Assembly: GCA_963765765.1 (NCBI GenBank)
Contig: CAVXYC010000001.1
Span: forward strand, 192,001-256,000
Length of the DNA stretch: 64,000 bases
Reading direction: 5' to 3'
Source of the DNA: an uncultured Chloroflexia bacterium
Lineage (GTDB): Bacteria; Chloroflexota; UBA6077; JACCZL01
Shown: positions 9,150 to 20,177 of the stretch, piece by piece
How the letters are laid out: each line of letters starts with the position of its first letter
Numbering within the stretch: the stretch's first letter is position 1
Made by a program: the position numbers and the translations under genes
The notes under the pieces: generated by a model
The model's database searches: none
Told to the model about the DNA's origin: nothing
The model's input: the letters and a program-made list of their open reading frames with translations, nothing else

Positions 9150-10403
9150 ATGGTCTCAGGACCCGCCTCCGCCGATCGGGAATTCACTGAACGTCTGCCT
9201 GAAGAGGTCACCGGTTGGCGCCGGGATGGCTTGATTACTGGGCCCCAGGCGCGGGCGATCATGATCCGCTACGGCCTGAGCTGGGCGGAGACCGACGAAA
9301 GCCGCCGACGAGGCAGACTTTCCAATGTGGTGATGACCCTGGGCGCCCTACTCACGGGCATCGGTGTCATTATCTTCGTGGCGTCAAATTGGGATCAGAT
9401 CGGCCGCGTTGCCCGAGTCGTTCTCCTCGTTGCCACGCTCGCTTCGGTGTACGCGGCAGCCGTCTGGGCCAATTGGCGTCAGCATCCGCTCCTGAGCGCC
9501 TCATTGGTGTTCCTCGGCAGTCTCATCTTTGGCGCCAACGTCTTCATCGTCGCCCAGACTTACCATGTCAACGCGGGAAGTCCGCAGCTTCTATTATTCT
9601 GGGCGGCTGGCGCTCTCGCGTCCGCTTACACCGCCGGCTCTCGTCCGTCGATGTATCTCGGCGTTCTTTGCCTGCTTCTCTGGTACGTCTTCCAGCTTGT
9701 GGACTGGGATACGTTCTCGCGCGGCTCAGAGGCAGCCGCACTGAGCGCGGCGGCATTTCTTCCTCTCGGTCTGCTCGGATTCAATCTGGGCGCTATTCAT
9801 CGCTCGTACCCAGGGCTTCGTCGCTTCGCCGGCGCGTTCGCCAACATCGGCGTCATCACCATGTTTATCGGGCTGCTGGCGTTCTCCTTCGCCGAGGTCT
9901 GGCGCAGCTTAGGCGCGGATTCCACTGAGAGAACATCCGGCGGCTCCTTCCAACCTATCCTCGCGGTCTACGTCGGGTTTTCAGTGGCGGCGCTCTTCAG
10001 CCTGGCGCTCGTGGCGATGCGACTTGGCGCTACTCGCCAGACCATGGTTCATGGGATGGGAGTGGTCTTGATCTGGCTCTCGAGCCTGCTGGTGGTCTTC
10101 CATCCCTTCGATTCGCCAGGTGCCTATGCCCTGGCGTTCAATTTGGTCCTACTGGCCACGGTGATCTGGGGGGTGGGCCTGGGGATCTGGATGCGTCAAG
10201 AGCCATTGATCAATCTCTCGCTGATCTTTTTCGCCCTGCAGGTGATGGCGCGCTACTTCGACTTCTTTTTCGCGTTGTTCGATCGATCGCTCGTCTTTAT
10301 TGGCGCTGGAGTGCTCCTTCTAGTTGGCGGCTGGATCATCGAGCGCTCACGGCGTGTATTGATTGCGCGGATGCTCGATGAAACAGAGCCGGCCGATGCC
10401 TAG
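9150..10403 (+). CDS. DUF2157 family membrane protein
   Basis: WRRDGLIT, GVIIFVASNWDQI, FGANVFIVAQTYH. Confidence 0.85.
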   Translation: MVSGPASADREFTERLPEEVTGWRRDGLITGPQARAIMIRYGLSWAETDESRRRGRLSNVVMTLGALLTGIGVIIFVASNWDQIGRVARVVLLVATLASVYAAAVWANWRQHPLLSASLVFLGSLIFGANVFIVAQTYHVNAGSPQLLLFWAAGALASAYTAGSRPSMYLGVLCLLLWYVFQLVDWDTFSRGSEAAALSAAAFLPLGLLGFNLGAIHRSYPGLRRFAGAFANIGVITMFIGLLAFSFAEVWRSLGADSTERTSGGSFQPILAVYVGFSVAALFSLALVAMRLGATRQTMVHGMGVVLIWLSSLLVVFHPFDSPGAYALAFNLVLLATVIWGVGLGIWMRQEPLINLSLIFFALQVMARYFDFFFALFDRSLVFIGAGVLLLVGGWIIERSRRVLIARMLDETEPADA

Positions 10404-10902
10404 CACTATTGGCCGTCCGTTCATCATCGCGGCCCTCGTCCAGGTTGTCTCGATCATCGCGTTCGCCGGCGTTCGCGAGATGATGCTTCAAACTGGCCGC
10501 GAGTACGTTCTGGACACACGGCCGGTGGATCCGCGCGACATATTTCGCGGTGATTACGTGGTGCTGCGCTACGAGATCTCATCACTCAATTACTGCTGCT
10601 ATCAGGTGGGCGACACGATCTATGTGATGTTGGAAGAGCGCGACGGCGTCTGGCGCGCGGACGGCCACGAGCATCAGCCGCCCAACGACGCGCGTCCGTT
10701 CATCCGCGGCCAGGTGACGCGGATCGCGGCCGTCTCCGGCCGTCCCATTGAAGTCGAATACGGCATCGAGAGCTACTTCGTACCTGAGGGAGCTGGGCGG
10801 GATATAGAAGCCAGGATCCGTCAGGCCAATGGCCAGGTACGGGTTCGGATTGCCGTTGACCGATTCGGCGCCGCTGTCATCAAGGACTTGATCTTTCCGT
10901 AA
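10396..10902 (+). CDS. GDYXXLXY domain-containing protein
   Basis: PVDPRDIFRGDYVVLRY and YGIESYFVPEG; usual partner of DUF2157. Confidence 0.9.
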   Translation: MPSTIGRPFIIAALVQVVSIIAFAGVREMMLQTGREYVLDTRPVDPRDIFRGDYVVLRYEISSLNYCCYQVGDTIYVMLEERDGVWRADGHEHQPPNDARPFIRGQVTRIAAVSGRPIEVEYGIESYFVPEGAGRDIEARIRQANGQVRVRIAVDRFGAAVIKDLIFP

Positions 10903-10962
10903 CTCGAGACTTGCGCTCTTGCGCTCTAACAGTTCAGAGGTAGGGGAGCGAGGCGGTGTTCC

Positions 10963-11083
10963 TCGTAGCACGGGGGCTTGTCTCCTGTGCCTGGAGTATC
11001 GGACTGCCGATTTCGCGGTGTACGGCCCCGAGCTTGGTGGCTGCTCGCGCTCCAGGCACAGGAGACGAGCCCCCGTGCTACGA
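10963..11083. repeat. GTAG-family REP doublet (REPIN-like)
   Basis: GTAGCACGGGGGCTTGTCTCCTGTGCCTGGAG ... CTCCAGGCACAGGAGACGAGCCCCCGTGCTAC inverted pair. Confidence 0.85.
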
Positions 11084-11132
11084 CAATCGTCCGTGGATCG
11101 TCCCCGCAACTCTGAACACTTACACCGTCACT

Positions 11133-12020
11133 GGTAGTGTCAAGAAGCTTGTGTACTTTGGTGAGAAGGGACGATGCTCCAAGATGCATTCAGGTGGTGT
11201 AAGACGGCGTAGATGATCCGTTCACAGCTGGCGGTATTGCCAAAGCAGCTCATCGGCCGGGTCCACCGCCGCACCTCCCGAAAGCAGCGTTCGATGGCAT
11301 TCGTTGTGCGCGTTTCCTCCGATCCTCCACGGGGCACGCGTAGAACGTCAGCAGCTCCTCGAGATCGCGCTCCAGGCAGGCCACGGCCTTGGGCGCCTGA
11401 TCCTGCCACTCTTTCTTCAGGCGCGGAACCGTTGACCGGCGAGCTGGCGTGGTTGACGTGTGTCGGGCGAGAAAACTTGAAAGGGTAGATCGCGTTTTTC
11501 GACGCAACGGGAGCACGCTGAGACACGCCGCCTGAATCTTCCGCGGCAGCAGACTGGCCACGTTCCGCAGTTTGTGCGCCCAGCAGCGCTGGTGGGGCGC
11601 TTTGGGATAGACGATTCCGATGGCTGCGCCCAGCCCCGTCCCGCCGTCGGTGGCGATCAACCGTAGTGCAGTCCCCTCCAGTCCCCGCCGATGCAGGTCT
11701 TCCAGAAAGCTTTCCCACTCGGCCTGACTCTCGGACTTGGCCAGCTTGAAATCGATCAGCTGGCGCGTCCCATCGGCGCGGATGCCATACGCTACCAGGA
11801 CGAGCTTCTTCTGCATGCCGCGGGGTGCTTCACCTTCATCGTCACCCCGTCTAGCAGCAGGTACACCCAGTCATCGCCAACCCGCCGCCAGTGGTAGCCG
11901 CCCTCCTGATCCAAGGCCTTGGCGATCGTGGAGACCGTCTGGGCCGACGGCTGCCACCCCAGGACCGGGGCGAGCACGGCGCCCACCTGGCGCGTGGAGA
12001 CCGCGCGCAGGAACGCTTGA
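11133..12020 (-). mobile_element. IS256-family element remnant (5'-truncated, frameshifted transposase with one terminal IR)
   Basis: YLLLDG..KV, VLVAYGI..DG.R, LIATDG, QRCWAHKLRN, RTTNAIERCFREVRR; end GGTAGTGTCAAGAAGCTTGTGTA at 11133. Confidence 0.9.
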
Positions 12021-12109
12021 GCGGATGAGCACGTCGACCTCGTGCTAGCGCCGCTGAAACGGCCCCAGCACTTGGACGCTGGTTCGGCTCTACGGGCGCG
12101 GGGCTGGAA

Positions 12110-13260
12110 GATATCCAGGAGCACAGCTTCGGCACTCTCAGATAAGACACCTCCGAGTGTTCTTATCGATGTGACCCGAAGAAATTGCGGCATTTCTTCG
12201 AACGACCAACGGTTGAACAACGTTTCAAGTTCTAAATGGTGTTCCCATGCTGTTGCGACGGCACGGACACCAGTGCTACAAATCCGGTCATCGATGGTGC
12301 GGTCGAACCGAGGCCAGGAAACGTCAACTATCTTTACCACTAATCGCAGACCGTCGGAATTGCCGCGCCAATTCAAAGCTAAATATTCCAGTAGCCAGAG
12401 AACATAGGTGTATGAGGATTCGCGGCCGATGCGACTCTCAATTGCACTCAACAAGTCAGTTCCTAACGACCATCCCTCCTGAAGAGCTTCGATAGCAGCT
12501 TGACGAACTCTCATATGGCCGTCAGTTCGAACTACCTTTAGCAGAGCCGCGCCAACACGTTCGTTTCCGGACCACTCACGTTCTAACGCAGCAATTGCAC
12601 CGCGACGCACCGACTCCCTCCCGATCGGCCAGCGCTTCCAAAGCAAACTCCAACCGCTCATCCCGTGACCGCTGAGCTAGTCCCATTTGCCATCCAGCCA
12701 TACGTTCCCGTACTGAGCTTGCCGTGCGAAGTCGATCAATCACTTCCTTAGCAGCCACGGGGACTGGCACCAGGAGAACGGCCGCAGGAAAGGCCTTCAA
12801 ACCCCGGTCGACAAACTGCATCGACGATGTGCGGCGGCCAAGAGCGGCATGCTCGGCAATCGCTTCGACAAGCTCACCTAAGAGAGCAGAGGCGGCCTGT
12901 CGATCTTCAATTACTCCCGACTCCGAAAGACACTGCACGGCAAAAGAAAGGTTGACCGGAGGACCTGAGAGCCTCATATTTCTGAGATACTCGATCATTT
13001 CTGCGACAGGCGACTGTTTTCCGGAAAGCATGGCAACCAAGAGCAGTAATACCTCTTGCCAGTCGTCCCTTTGCCATCGCCGCCGAATCACCGACCGCTT
13101 CAACCATTCATAATCAGCCTTACGAGCATTGTCGGACAGTGCTTTCACTATGGCCACGCGTTGTAATTCCTTTTGTTGACTTCTAATCTTCGAGCGGCAG
13201 GATACTGCTTCCTTTTCTTTTTCCCAATCTTCTAGAAGAATTCTTTCGCTCCACCGTCAC
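12110..13260 (-). pseudogene. Fragmented HEAT-repeat protein, resembling the C-terminal part of NACHT-type NTPases
   Basis: WQEVLLLLV, VRRGAIAAL..W, VRQAAIEAL..W repeats over two frames; lower GC; truncated at both ends. Confidence 0.55.
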
Positions 13261-13409
13261 TCGATTCGTTGACAGGGAGTCTGGACCTCCTAGACTGCCT
13301 TCAAGTCAAAACACACCCTAGTCAGTACCTCAGGCATCGAATCAGCGAGCCCCTGCTACTCAACCGCATGCTCAGCGTGCGTTGCAGGGCGAAGGAGACA
13401 CGGATTTCC

Positions 13410-14630
13410 ATGACGGTCTCACGACGCCAGTTCATGCACTGGCTTGGCCTTAGCTCTACTGGACTCATCGCCGCGGCCTGCTCCGCGCCCGCTCCAGCGG
13501 CTCCTACTGCCGCGCCAAAAGCGGCAGCCCCCACCAGCGCTCCGGCGGCGGCTCCACCGCCCACCACCGCTGCGGCTGTCGCGCCTGCGAGCGCCCCGCC
13601 CGCGGCCACAAAGGATTTCCAGGCGACCTGGGATGCGTTGGTTGACGCGGCCAAGAAAGAAGGCAAGCTCGCCGTTAACACCTTCCCCGGCACCGGCTAT
13701 CGTCAGGCAATCGACGTGTTCACAGAGCGGTATCCCGGCATTGCGATCGATCACACGAACATGATCGCGCGCGAAGTCGCGGCACGCGTGATTCCGGAGC
13801 AGAAGGCCGGTGTTTACGCCTTCGATGTGACGCAGATGCCCGCAACGACGGCCTTATCGGATCTACTGCCCGCTGGAGCGTGGGCGCCCATCAAACCGGC
13901 CATCATTCATCCAGACGTGTTGGACGACAAAAATTGGCGCGGAGGGTTCGAAGCCGGGTTGCTGGACAACAGCAAGCAGTTTGGCTACGGGTTCGCGCTG
14001 AATAAGAGCCAGAATTTCTGGATCAACACCGACCTCGTAAAATCGGGTGAGATTCGTCTCATCAAAGATCTGCTGGACCCCAAGTGGAAGGGCAAGATCG
14101 TCGTGATGGATCCCCGCTCCGGTGGTTTTACGGCGGGTCCACTTACGCCCGCCCGCAAAGTCTACGGCGACGAGTTTTTGAAATCGTTCCTGGTCGAACA
14201 GGAGCCCGTGATCACACGCGATCAGCGCCAGGCTACTGAGATGCTCATTCGTGGCGGTATGGCCATTGCCACCGGGCCCACAGAGATACTTATCGATGAC
14301 TTCAAAAACTCGGGCGTGGATGTGAAGGTCGACAAGGTCATGTTCCCTGATGCGACGACGCTCTCGGGGGGCTCGGTGTGGCTTTTCAAGAACGCTCCCA
14401 ATCCCAACGCTGCCAAGCTCTTCATCAATTGGCTTCTCTCGAAGGAGGGTCAGACCATCTGGAACGAGAAGGCGCTGGTGGAGAACAGCCGCCGTACCGA
14501 TGTAGCGCCGGTACTTCCGGAGCGCTATCCCACGGACGATGAGATCAAGACGATGACCTATGCCGACACAGAGATCGAAGTCGAGGAGATCGCGAAGACG
14601 CAGAGGCTGTCGACTGATCTGTTGAAGTAG
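13410..14630 (+). CDS. Extracellular solute-binding lipoprotein (iron/thiamine-type SBP family)
   Basis: AAGGAG RBS, SRRQF Tat motif, AAAC lipobox, Ala/Pro linker, AAKKEGKL, LLDPKWKGKI, APNPNAAKLFINWLLSKEGQ. Confidence 0.9.
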   Translation: MTVSRRQFMHWLGLSSTGLIAAACSAPAPAAPTAAPKAAAPTSAPAAAPPPTTAAAVAPASAPPAATKDFQATWDALVDAAKKEGKLAVNTFPGTGYRQAIDVFTERYPGIAIDHTNMIAREVAARVIPEQKAGVYAFDVTQMPATTALSDLLPAGAWAPIKPAIIHPDVLDDKNWRGGFEAGLLDNSKQFGYGFALNKSQNFWINTDLVKSGEIRLIKDLLDPKWKGKIVVMDPRSGGFTAGPLTPARKVYGDEFLKSFLVEQEPVITRDQRQATEMLIRGGMAIATGPTEILIDDFKNSGVDVKVDKVMFPDATTLSGGSVWLFKNAPNPNAAKLFINWLLSKEGQTIWNEKALVENSRRTDVAPVLPERYPTDDEIKTMTYADTEIEVEEIAKTQRLSTDLLK

Positions 14631-15003
14631 CTCAAGGGGGTGGCTGACCTCGTGTACTCCCACCCGAATTCTTCGCTCGTTCTGATTCGTCGTACGGCGG
14701 TGCGCGCAACGCTGTGAGTCGGCCCATGGACTGTCGGTGACCAAATTTACGACTGTTGTGCCCGAGAATCATGAGCCGACGGGCGCGGCATAAACGGCCC
14801 GCGGGCAGTCTGCCGGTGAGGAGCATTAGCTCCCCGTTTAGTGCGACCGAGCTTATTTTTGGTCCGCTCGATAGGATGCACGACCGGACTCATCGAGTGT
14901 GTCGATTTTGTAACGTCCGCTTCTTCGACTTGTTTGGCAATCAGAGACTAGACTGAGTCAGCGAATCGACGTCAGCCGTCGCGCAAATTTCAAGGAGAGT
15001 CCT

Positions 15004-15171
15004 GTGTCCACGCCTGTCTGTGCGAACTGCGGATTGCCGCTGTCCAGCCAGGTGTATCGCTCCGCGAACGGCACGGCGTACTGCTGTCGCGGATGTGCCG
15101 AACGCATACTCTGCCAATGTCGGTTGGCCGTACTCCACAGCGGCAGGATGACCAGTGTTGTTCTCAGCTGA
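15004..15171 (+). CDS. Small Cys-rich metallothionein/TRASH-like protein, 55 aa (not in ORF track)
   Basis: AAGGAG RBS then GTG; MSTPVCANCGLPLSSQVYRSANGTAYCCRGCAERILCQCRLAVLHSGRMTSVVLS. Confidence 0.7.
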   Translation: MSTPVCANCGLPLSSQVYRSANGTAYCCRGCAERILCQCRLAVLHSGRMTSVVLS

Positions 15172-15588
15172 CAGGGGTGTTGTCATCTGGGCGCTTCCTG
15201 TCGGACGAGTCCAACGACATCCGCAGGGTGTGACGCTCACCAGAACGTCAATACGTACAAGCCGCGGTTGAAAAGTCTCCAATTGGCGCTGTCCGAGCGC
15301 ACGTTCGATGAGCGGCAACCTCTACATCACTCCCGTCGACATGAGCGCACTGCCTACCTACAGCAGCATTCCGGCTTCTCGGGGCACCTGAAATGGGCCG
15401 CCATCTCGATCAGGAGCACCTTGCCCTTCTAGGAGCTCTGGCATCGTGGCGGCAGAACGACGAGGATTGTCGGACAACTGCAGCATCCAAAAATCCGATG
15501 TGCTGATGATATGTGCAAAGTTGCTCATGTCGAATGTCGGCCTGGCGGTGATACTCAAGGGGCGGAACTCCAGCAGCCAAGGATCACA

Positions 15589-16027
15589 ATGTCCAGCATC
15601 CACTCCCAGACGGTAGTCGTTGTGGAGTCCAACCCGACAGTTCTCGAGCTCTACACGCAGGCTCTGGCCCATCGCCGGGTACGTGACCATTCCCTGTGCG
15701 AATGACGCCCAGGCGATCGACGTACTCCACCAAGAGGTTCCGGCGCTACTGGTCCTCAATCCCGGCCCGCGAGGCGTTCCGACAGGCGACGTTGTTCACC
15801 TCGTCCAGCGTGACCCACGGCTCGTCGATGTTCCAATTCTGATTGGCTCGACCTCCCCGCGACCCATCGATCGCTCGCCCATAGGGCCTCGCTCGCGGTC
15901 ATGGGGAACGATCGCCAAACCGTTCGACCTGCCGTTGCTACTGGACGTCGTCGACTCGCTCGCGCGGCGATCTGTGGCGGCTGGTCCAGGGAGTGAACGG
16001 ACGGCGCCGGCGGCGCTCAGCGCTTAA
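15589..16027 (+). CDS. Stand-alone receiver-like (CheY-like) domain, atypical; one frameshift
   Basis: VVVVESN..L..Y..AL, P.LLVLN, DPRL.DVPILI.S, IAKPFDL..LL. Confidence 0.7.
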
Positions 16028-16323
16028 GTTTCTGGATTGAGCGACCCTGATGGTCGCTGGCAAGCTCACTCACAACCCCACGATATCGAGTCAGCTGAAT
16101 AGCCAGGATACGCGCCAATCACCTGCGCAGTGTTTCCGACCCAGCGTCTCGACCGCTACTGTTTGGCTGAAGAACGTCCCCTATCACTGAGGCATTGGCC
16201 GTACATCAGCGCTCCTTTGATTTGGAGCTGTCTCGCGTTGGCCGATCGCCCTTAACTCTCTGCGAAGAGCTGCCTCGTCGATTTCCGCTCACTTCGATTG
16301 AATCGTTACAAGCGAGAACGACT

Positions 16324-17346
16324 TCAGGAATGAAGCGCCCGTCCCAGGGCATCCATGCAGTCCCGCATGAGCATTCTTCCCGATGTCGTGGGCGCGTTCA
16401 TAAACCCATGGGTTGCTCTGGGATACACCCGTAGCTCCGTCGCGACTCCTGAGCGCAAGAGACGTCGCGCGTACTCGATGTCTTCATCCAGAAAGAGGTC
16501 CAGAGTACCGACTCCAATGAACGTTGGCGGAAGCCCCGTTAGATCCTGAGCCCGAGCGGCCGCCGCATAGGGCGGCACGTCCGTGCCACCGGGTTCCTGG
16601 CCGAGTAGGGCGGCCCATCCTAACGCGTTGTACTCGCGGGTCCAGACGAACTCGCCAACATAGGGATTGAGATCCGTTGCCGTGACGGTGCGATCGTCCA
16701 GCATCGGGTAGATGAGCAATTGGAAGACGGGCAGTACCGCGCCACGGTCGCGAGTGAGTAACGCCAGGTTGGCGGCTAGACCTCCCCCCGCACTATCGCC
16801 TCCGATGGCGAGACGGTTGGAGTCCACTCCGAGAGTCGCCGAATTCTCGCGGAGCCAGCTGAGGGCAGCGAAGCAATCCTCCACGGGGCCGGGATGCTGG
16901 GTCTCGGGCGCCGGGCGATAGTCCACTGAGATCGCGGCACACCGGATGGTGTGGGCGATGCGATGAAGGAACGGGTCGGTCTCGTACGCCCGCCCGAGGA
17001 TGTATCCACCGCCATGTAGCCAGAGCAAGGCCGGTAAGGGCTCAGGAGCGGCCTTCGGTCGATAGATGACGATCCGAACATCGGGCGCGCCGTCCGGCCC
17101 CGGAATGCGCCGCGTGGTGACTTCAATATCGGGATAGGCTGAAGCGTCCGCTGCCATGGGATCGGATGCCTCGTTGTCGCTGGCTCGTATCCCAGGAAGC
17201 CGCTCGCGCATGATTGAAACCTTGGCAAGCACGCCCGCATCACCGGTCTTCAACTGGGATACCAGCTCCCTAAAGGACCGTGGCGGGGCGAAATCTTCCA
17301 GGTGCGGCAGGAGCTCGGGGTCCACAAGGTGTCTTGTGTTCATCAC
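16324..17346 (-). CDS. Alpha/beta hydrolase, HSL-type esterase/lipase
   Basis: LHGGGY, VDYR, GDSAGG, YPMLDDR, D..LDE, HGF. Confidence 0.92.
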   Translation of the reverse strand: MMNTRHLVDPELLPHLEDFAPPRSFRELVSQLKTGDAGVLAKVSIMRERLPGIRASDNEASDPMAADASAYPDIEVTTRRIPGPDGAPDVRIVIYRPKAAPEPLPALLWLHGGGYILGRAYETDPFLHRIAHTIRCAAISVDYRPAPETQHPGPVEDCFAALSWLRENSATLGVDSNRLAIGGDSAGGGLAANLALLTRDRGAVLPVFQLLIYPMLDDRTVTATDLNPYVGEFVWTREYNALGWAALLGQEPGGTDVPPYAAAARAQDLTGLPPTFIGVGTLDLFLDEDIEYARRLLRSGVATELRVYPRATHGFMNAPTTSGRMLMRDCMDALGRALHS

Positions 17347-17503
17347 AGGGAGACTGGCACCTGAGTGGCGTGGCGTCGAGCGCCTAATGGAGCCAGGTCG
17401 GCTAGCGGGTAGTCAGCCACGATCAGCGGTTAGGAGAAGGTCCTTCCATGGTCTACGCGGATGTGGGCCATGAAGCGAGACTCTGGATCAGGAGATTCAT
17501 CGT

Positions 17504-18347
17504 CTAACGAATCACCATACGCCGATAGCGCGCCTGCGCCAGCTCGAAGACCCCGTAGGCCATCAGACCAACCGCCGCGATCAAGAAGAAGCCATGGACC
17601 GAACGGCTGGTCCGCCAGGATCGTCAGAGCTCCGCCGAATCCCCGCGCCTGACCTGGATCTCCGGCGAGACCGGCGAGGATCAGGAACACGCCGACGATG
17701 AGAAATACGACCGCACGAGCCGCGTATCCGAAGCGACCCAGGCCCACGAGGAAGGACTGCAGGGACGGGGGCATATCGTTGCCCGTGAGATTTCGACGAA
17801 ACTCCGCTCGGTATGCACAGTAGGCCTGTCCCGCGGCCACGCCCAGCACCACCAGGCCGCCAACCAGGACCAGCGCCTGACCAAAGGATGCGTTCAGCAG
17901 CCGCGCCGTCCACTCCTGCGCTACGTCGTGCTCCGCTGCCCCACGGACGCCGAGAGTGAGCTGGAGCGCAGAGAGAGCCAGACTCAGGTAAACGATTCCG
18001 CTACCGGCAAATCCGGCGCGCGCCAGGAGCCCGCCAGGCTTCGTTCCCTTCGCCTCGGTATCTCGAATGGCCTGAACGAAGCGCCAAACCGCATAGCCAA
18101 TCAGTCCCGCGGCCATCACGCCCAGAAGGAGCTGCCCGAACGACGCTTCCAGGATCCAGACCAGGACCCCTTCGGGATCGGTAGCTGCCCCGCCAATTCC
18201 CAACGCCGCCTGCGCCGCCAAGAGTCCGACTGTCGCGTAGACACCGCCGTGCGCTGCGTGACCTACTCGGCCAAGTGCTTCCACCCACGGCGCGCTCTCT
18301 TGCACCGCCTTCCGAGTATGGGCTTCGATTTCTTCCGCCGATGACAT
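17504..18347 (-). CDS. DUF1206 family membrane protein (frameshift near C-terminus)
   Basis: Three repeats of G..ARG.V(Y/F)...G, PFG..LL. Confidence 0.8.
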
Positions 18348-18585
18348 GGCCGGCGGAAGCCGATGCTCGTGGATCATACGCAGTGGCAAGCGCACCGAGC
18401 GTGCCACAAACTGCGCATGCTCGGACATGGCGAGCTGGGCACCGTCGCTGTACGCAACAATCACAGGTACGGGCTCCTGGACCTGGTGAAGCGTCGAGAA
18501 ACAGCGGTGACCTTCGTGGACAGATGGGTCTAGACTTACGGTGGTGTCAGCCGCTTTGACAACGAAAAGGGGCGAGGTCGACAGC

Positions 18586-18942
18586 GTGAGACGAGACGAG
18601 GTTCTCGATCTGTGCGGCAGCTTCCCAGGGGCCGTCGAGGACTACCCCTTCGGCGGCGGTGTTGCCGTATTCAAAGTCGAAGGACGTATGTTCGCGCTCG
18701 TGATGCTCGATGAGGATCCGGGCCGCGTGAACCTCAAGTGCGATCCGGACCTTGCGCTCGAGCTGCGCGCCAGGTTCCCCGCGGTCAGCCCCGGCTACCA
18801 CGCGAACAAGCGCCACTGGAACACCGTGGAGCTGGACGGCTCCATTGAAAGAGACGAGCTTGAAGAGATGATCGACCACTCGTATGAGCTCGTTGTGAGC
18901 AAGCTCTCCCGAGCCGCACGAGCCCGATTTTCAGGCGACTGA
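18586..18942 (+). CDS. MmcQ/YjbR family protein
   Basis: EDYPFG...VFKV.G.MFA, NLKCDP, PGYH.NKRHWNTV, IDHSYELV. Confidence 0.92.
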   Translation: MRRDEVLDLCGSFPGAVEDYPFGGGVAVFKVEGRMFALVMLDEDPGRVNLKCDPDLALELRARFPAVSPGYHANKRHWNTVELDGSIERDELEEMIDHSYELVVSKLSRAARARFSGD

Positions 18943-19002
18943 TCGAGCGAACGGAGCCCTTGCGGCTAGTCGTCGGATCCTGTCAGGGTCGACAGCACCA
19001 GG

Positions 19003-19663
19003 TTAGGCCGCGTACCAGAGAACCGCGACAACGTGACAGGTGGTTCCCGCGACAACGAACAGGTGCCACACGAGGTGAAAATACCTGATTCGCTCGAACA
19101 TAAAGAAGACTACACCCGCGGTGTACGCAATGCCGCCGGCAAGGAGCCAGAAGAGTCCCCACTTCGGCACCAGAGTCCACACGGTGTCGGCCGCGATGAG
19201 AGCCAGCCAGCCCATAGCGAGATAGAGCATGGTAGAGACGATCGTCGCGCGAGCGCCGCCGATGATCTTCAGCGCCGTACCAACGACTGCCAGCCCCCAC
19301 ACGAGGCCGAACAGCGTCCATCCCCAGGTGCCGCTCAGCACCCCGAGCGTGAACGGCGTGTAGGTCCCGGCAATTAAGAGATAAATTGCCGAATGGTCGA
19401 GAAGCTCAAATAAGTCTTTTGCCCGGCCAGGGCGGTAACGCGTGAAAGATCGTGGATGTGAGATACATCAGCACCATGGCGGTCGCGAAAATGCTCGCGC
19501 CAACGATTCCCGTTACGTCTCCGCGCTGCTGTGCACCTGCGATGAGAATCGGGGCCGTTGCCAACGCCGCCAGCAGGCCAAGGCCATGGCTGACGCTATT
19601 GGCGATCTCCTCTCCGAGAGACTGTAGCCGCACGTCCGACCCCGCCACATTGACCATCTTCAT
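19003..19663 (-). CDS. Hemolysin III / PAQR family membrane protein (one frameshift)
   Basis: EEIANSVSHG, STIFH, DHSAIYLLIAGTYTPF, YLAMGW, HLVWHLFV. Confidence 0.9.
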
Positions 19664-19988
19664 GTTCTCGCTCTATTCCCGATGGTCACCCTTGTCGCCC
19701 TGGCCCTTCCGTACATTGGTCTTCGCCTTCTGATCATTCTGTATCTGCTTATACTCGCAGATACAGTGCCGAACGCTCACGCTCCGCATCAGCGAGATAT
19801 CCGCTGGGTGATTCCGTGGGACTGTCATGACAAACCGAATTGCCGCTAGCGGCCACGCGTCGACTCTCAGGTAGCTCGAACTAGCCACGAAGCAGGGCTA
19901 CCATCACGGCCTCCAGCCCGGCGTGGCAGTGGCACCCTCGCAGGAACACACAGCCCACCGTCAGCTCTCCTAACCGCGCCAGTGGACC

Positions 19989-20109
19989 TTGTCATGCCGA
20001 GGGACGAGGCATCTCCCGGACATCGGATTACGCGGGATCGAAGTGGCCCCGGTGGCTTCGCTTCAGGGTCGTCGATGTCCGTGAGGCGCCTCGTCCCTCG
20101 GCATGACAA
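19989..20109. repeat. GTCAT-type REP doublet / long hairpin
   Basis: TTGTCATGCCGAGGGACGAGGC ... GCCTCGTCCCTCGGCATGACAA inverted pair. Confidence 0.8.
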
Positions 20110-20177
20110 AGCTACCTGGAATCGAACACTGATACCGCTGTTCTTAGCATGGTGGTGCGCCGAGCGCATGGAGTGCC

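Noticed and set aside
11792-12661. 289-aa ORF as a novel HEAT-transposase fusion
   Set aside because: Read-through across a deletion junction between two remnants
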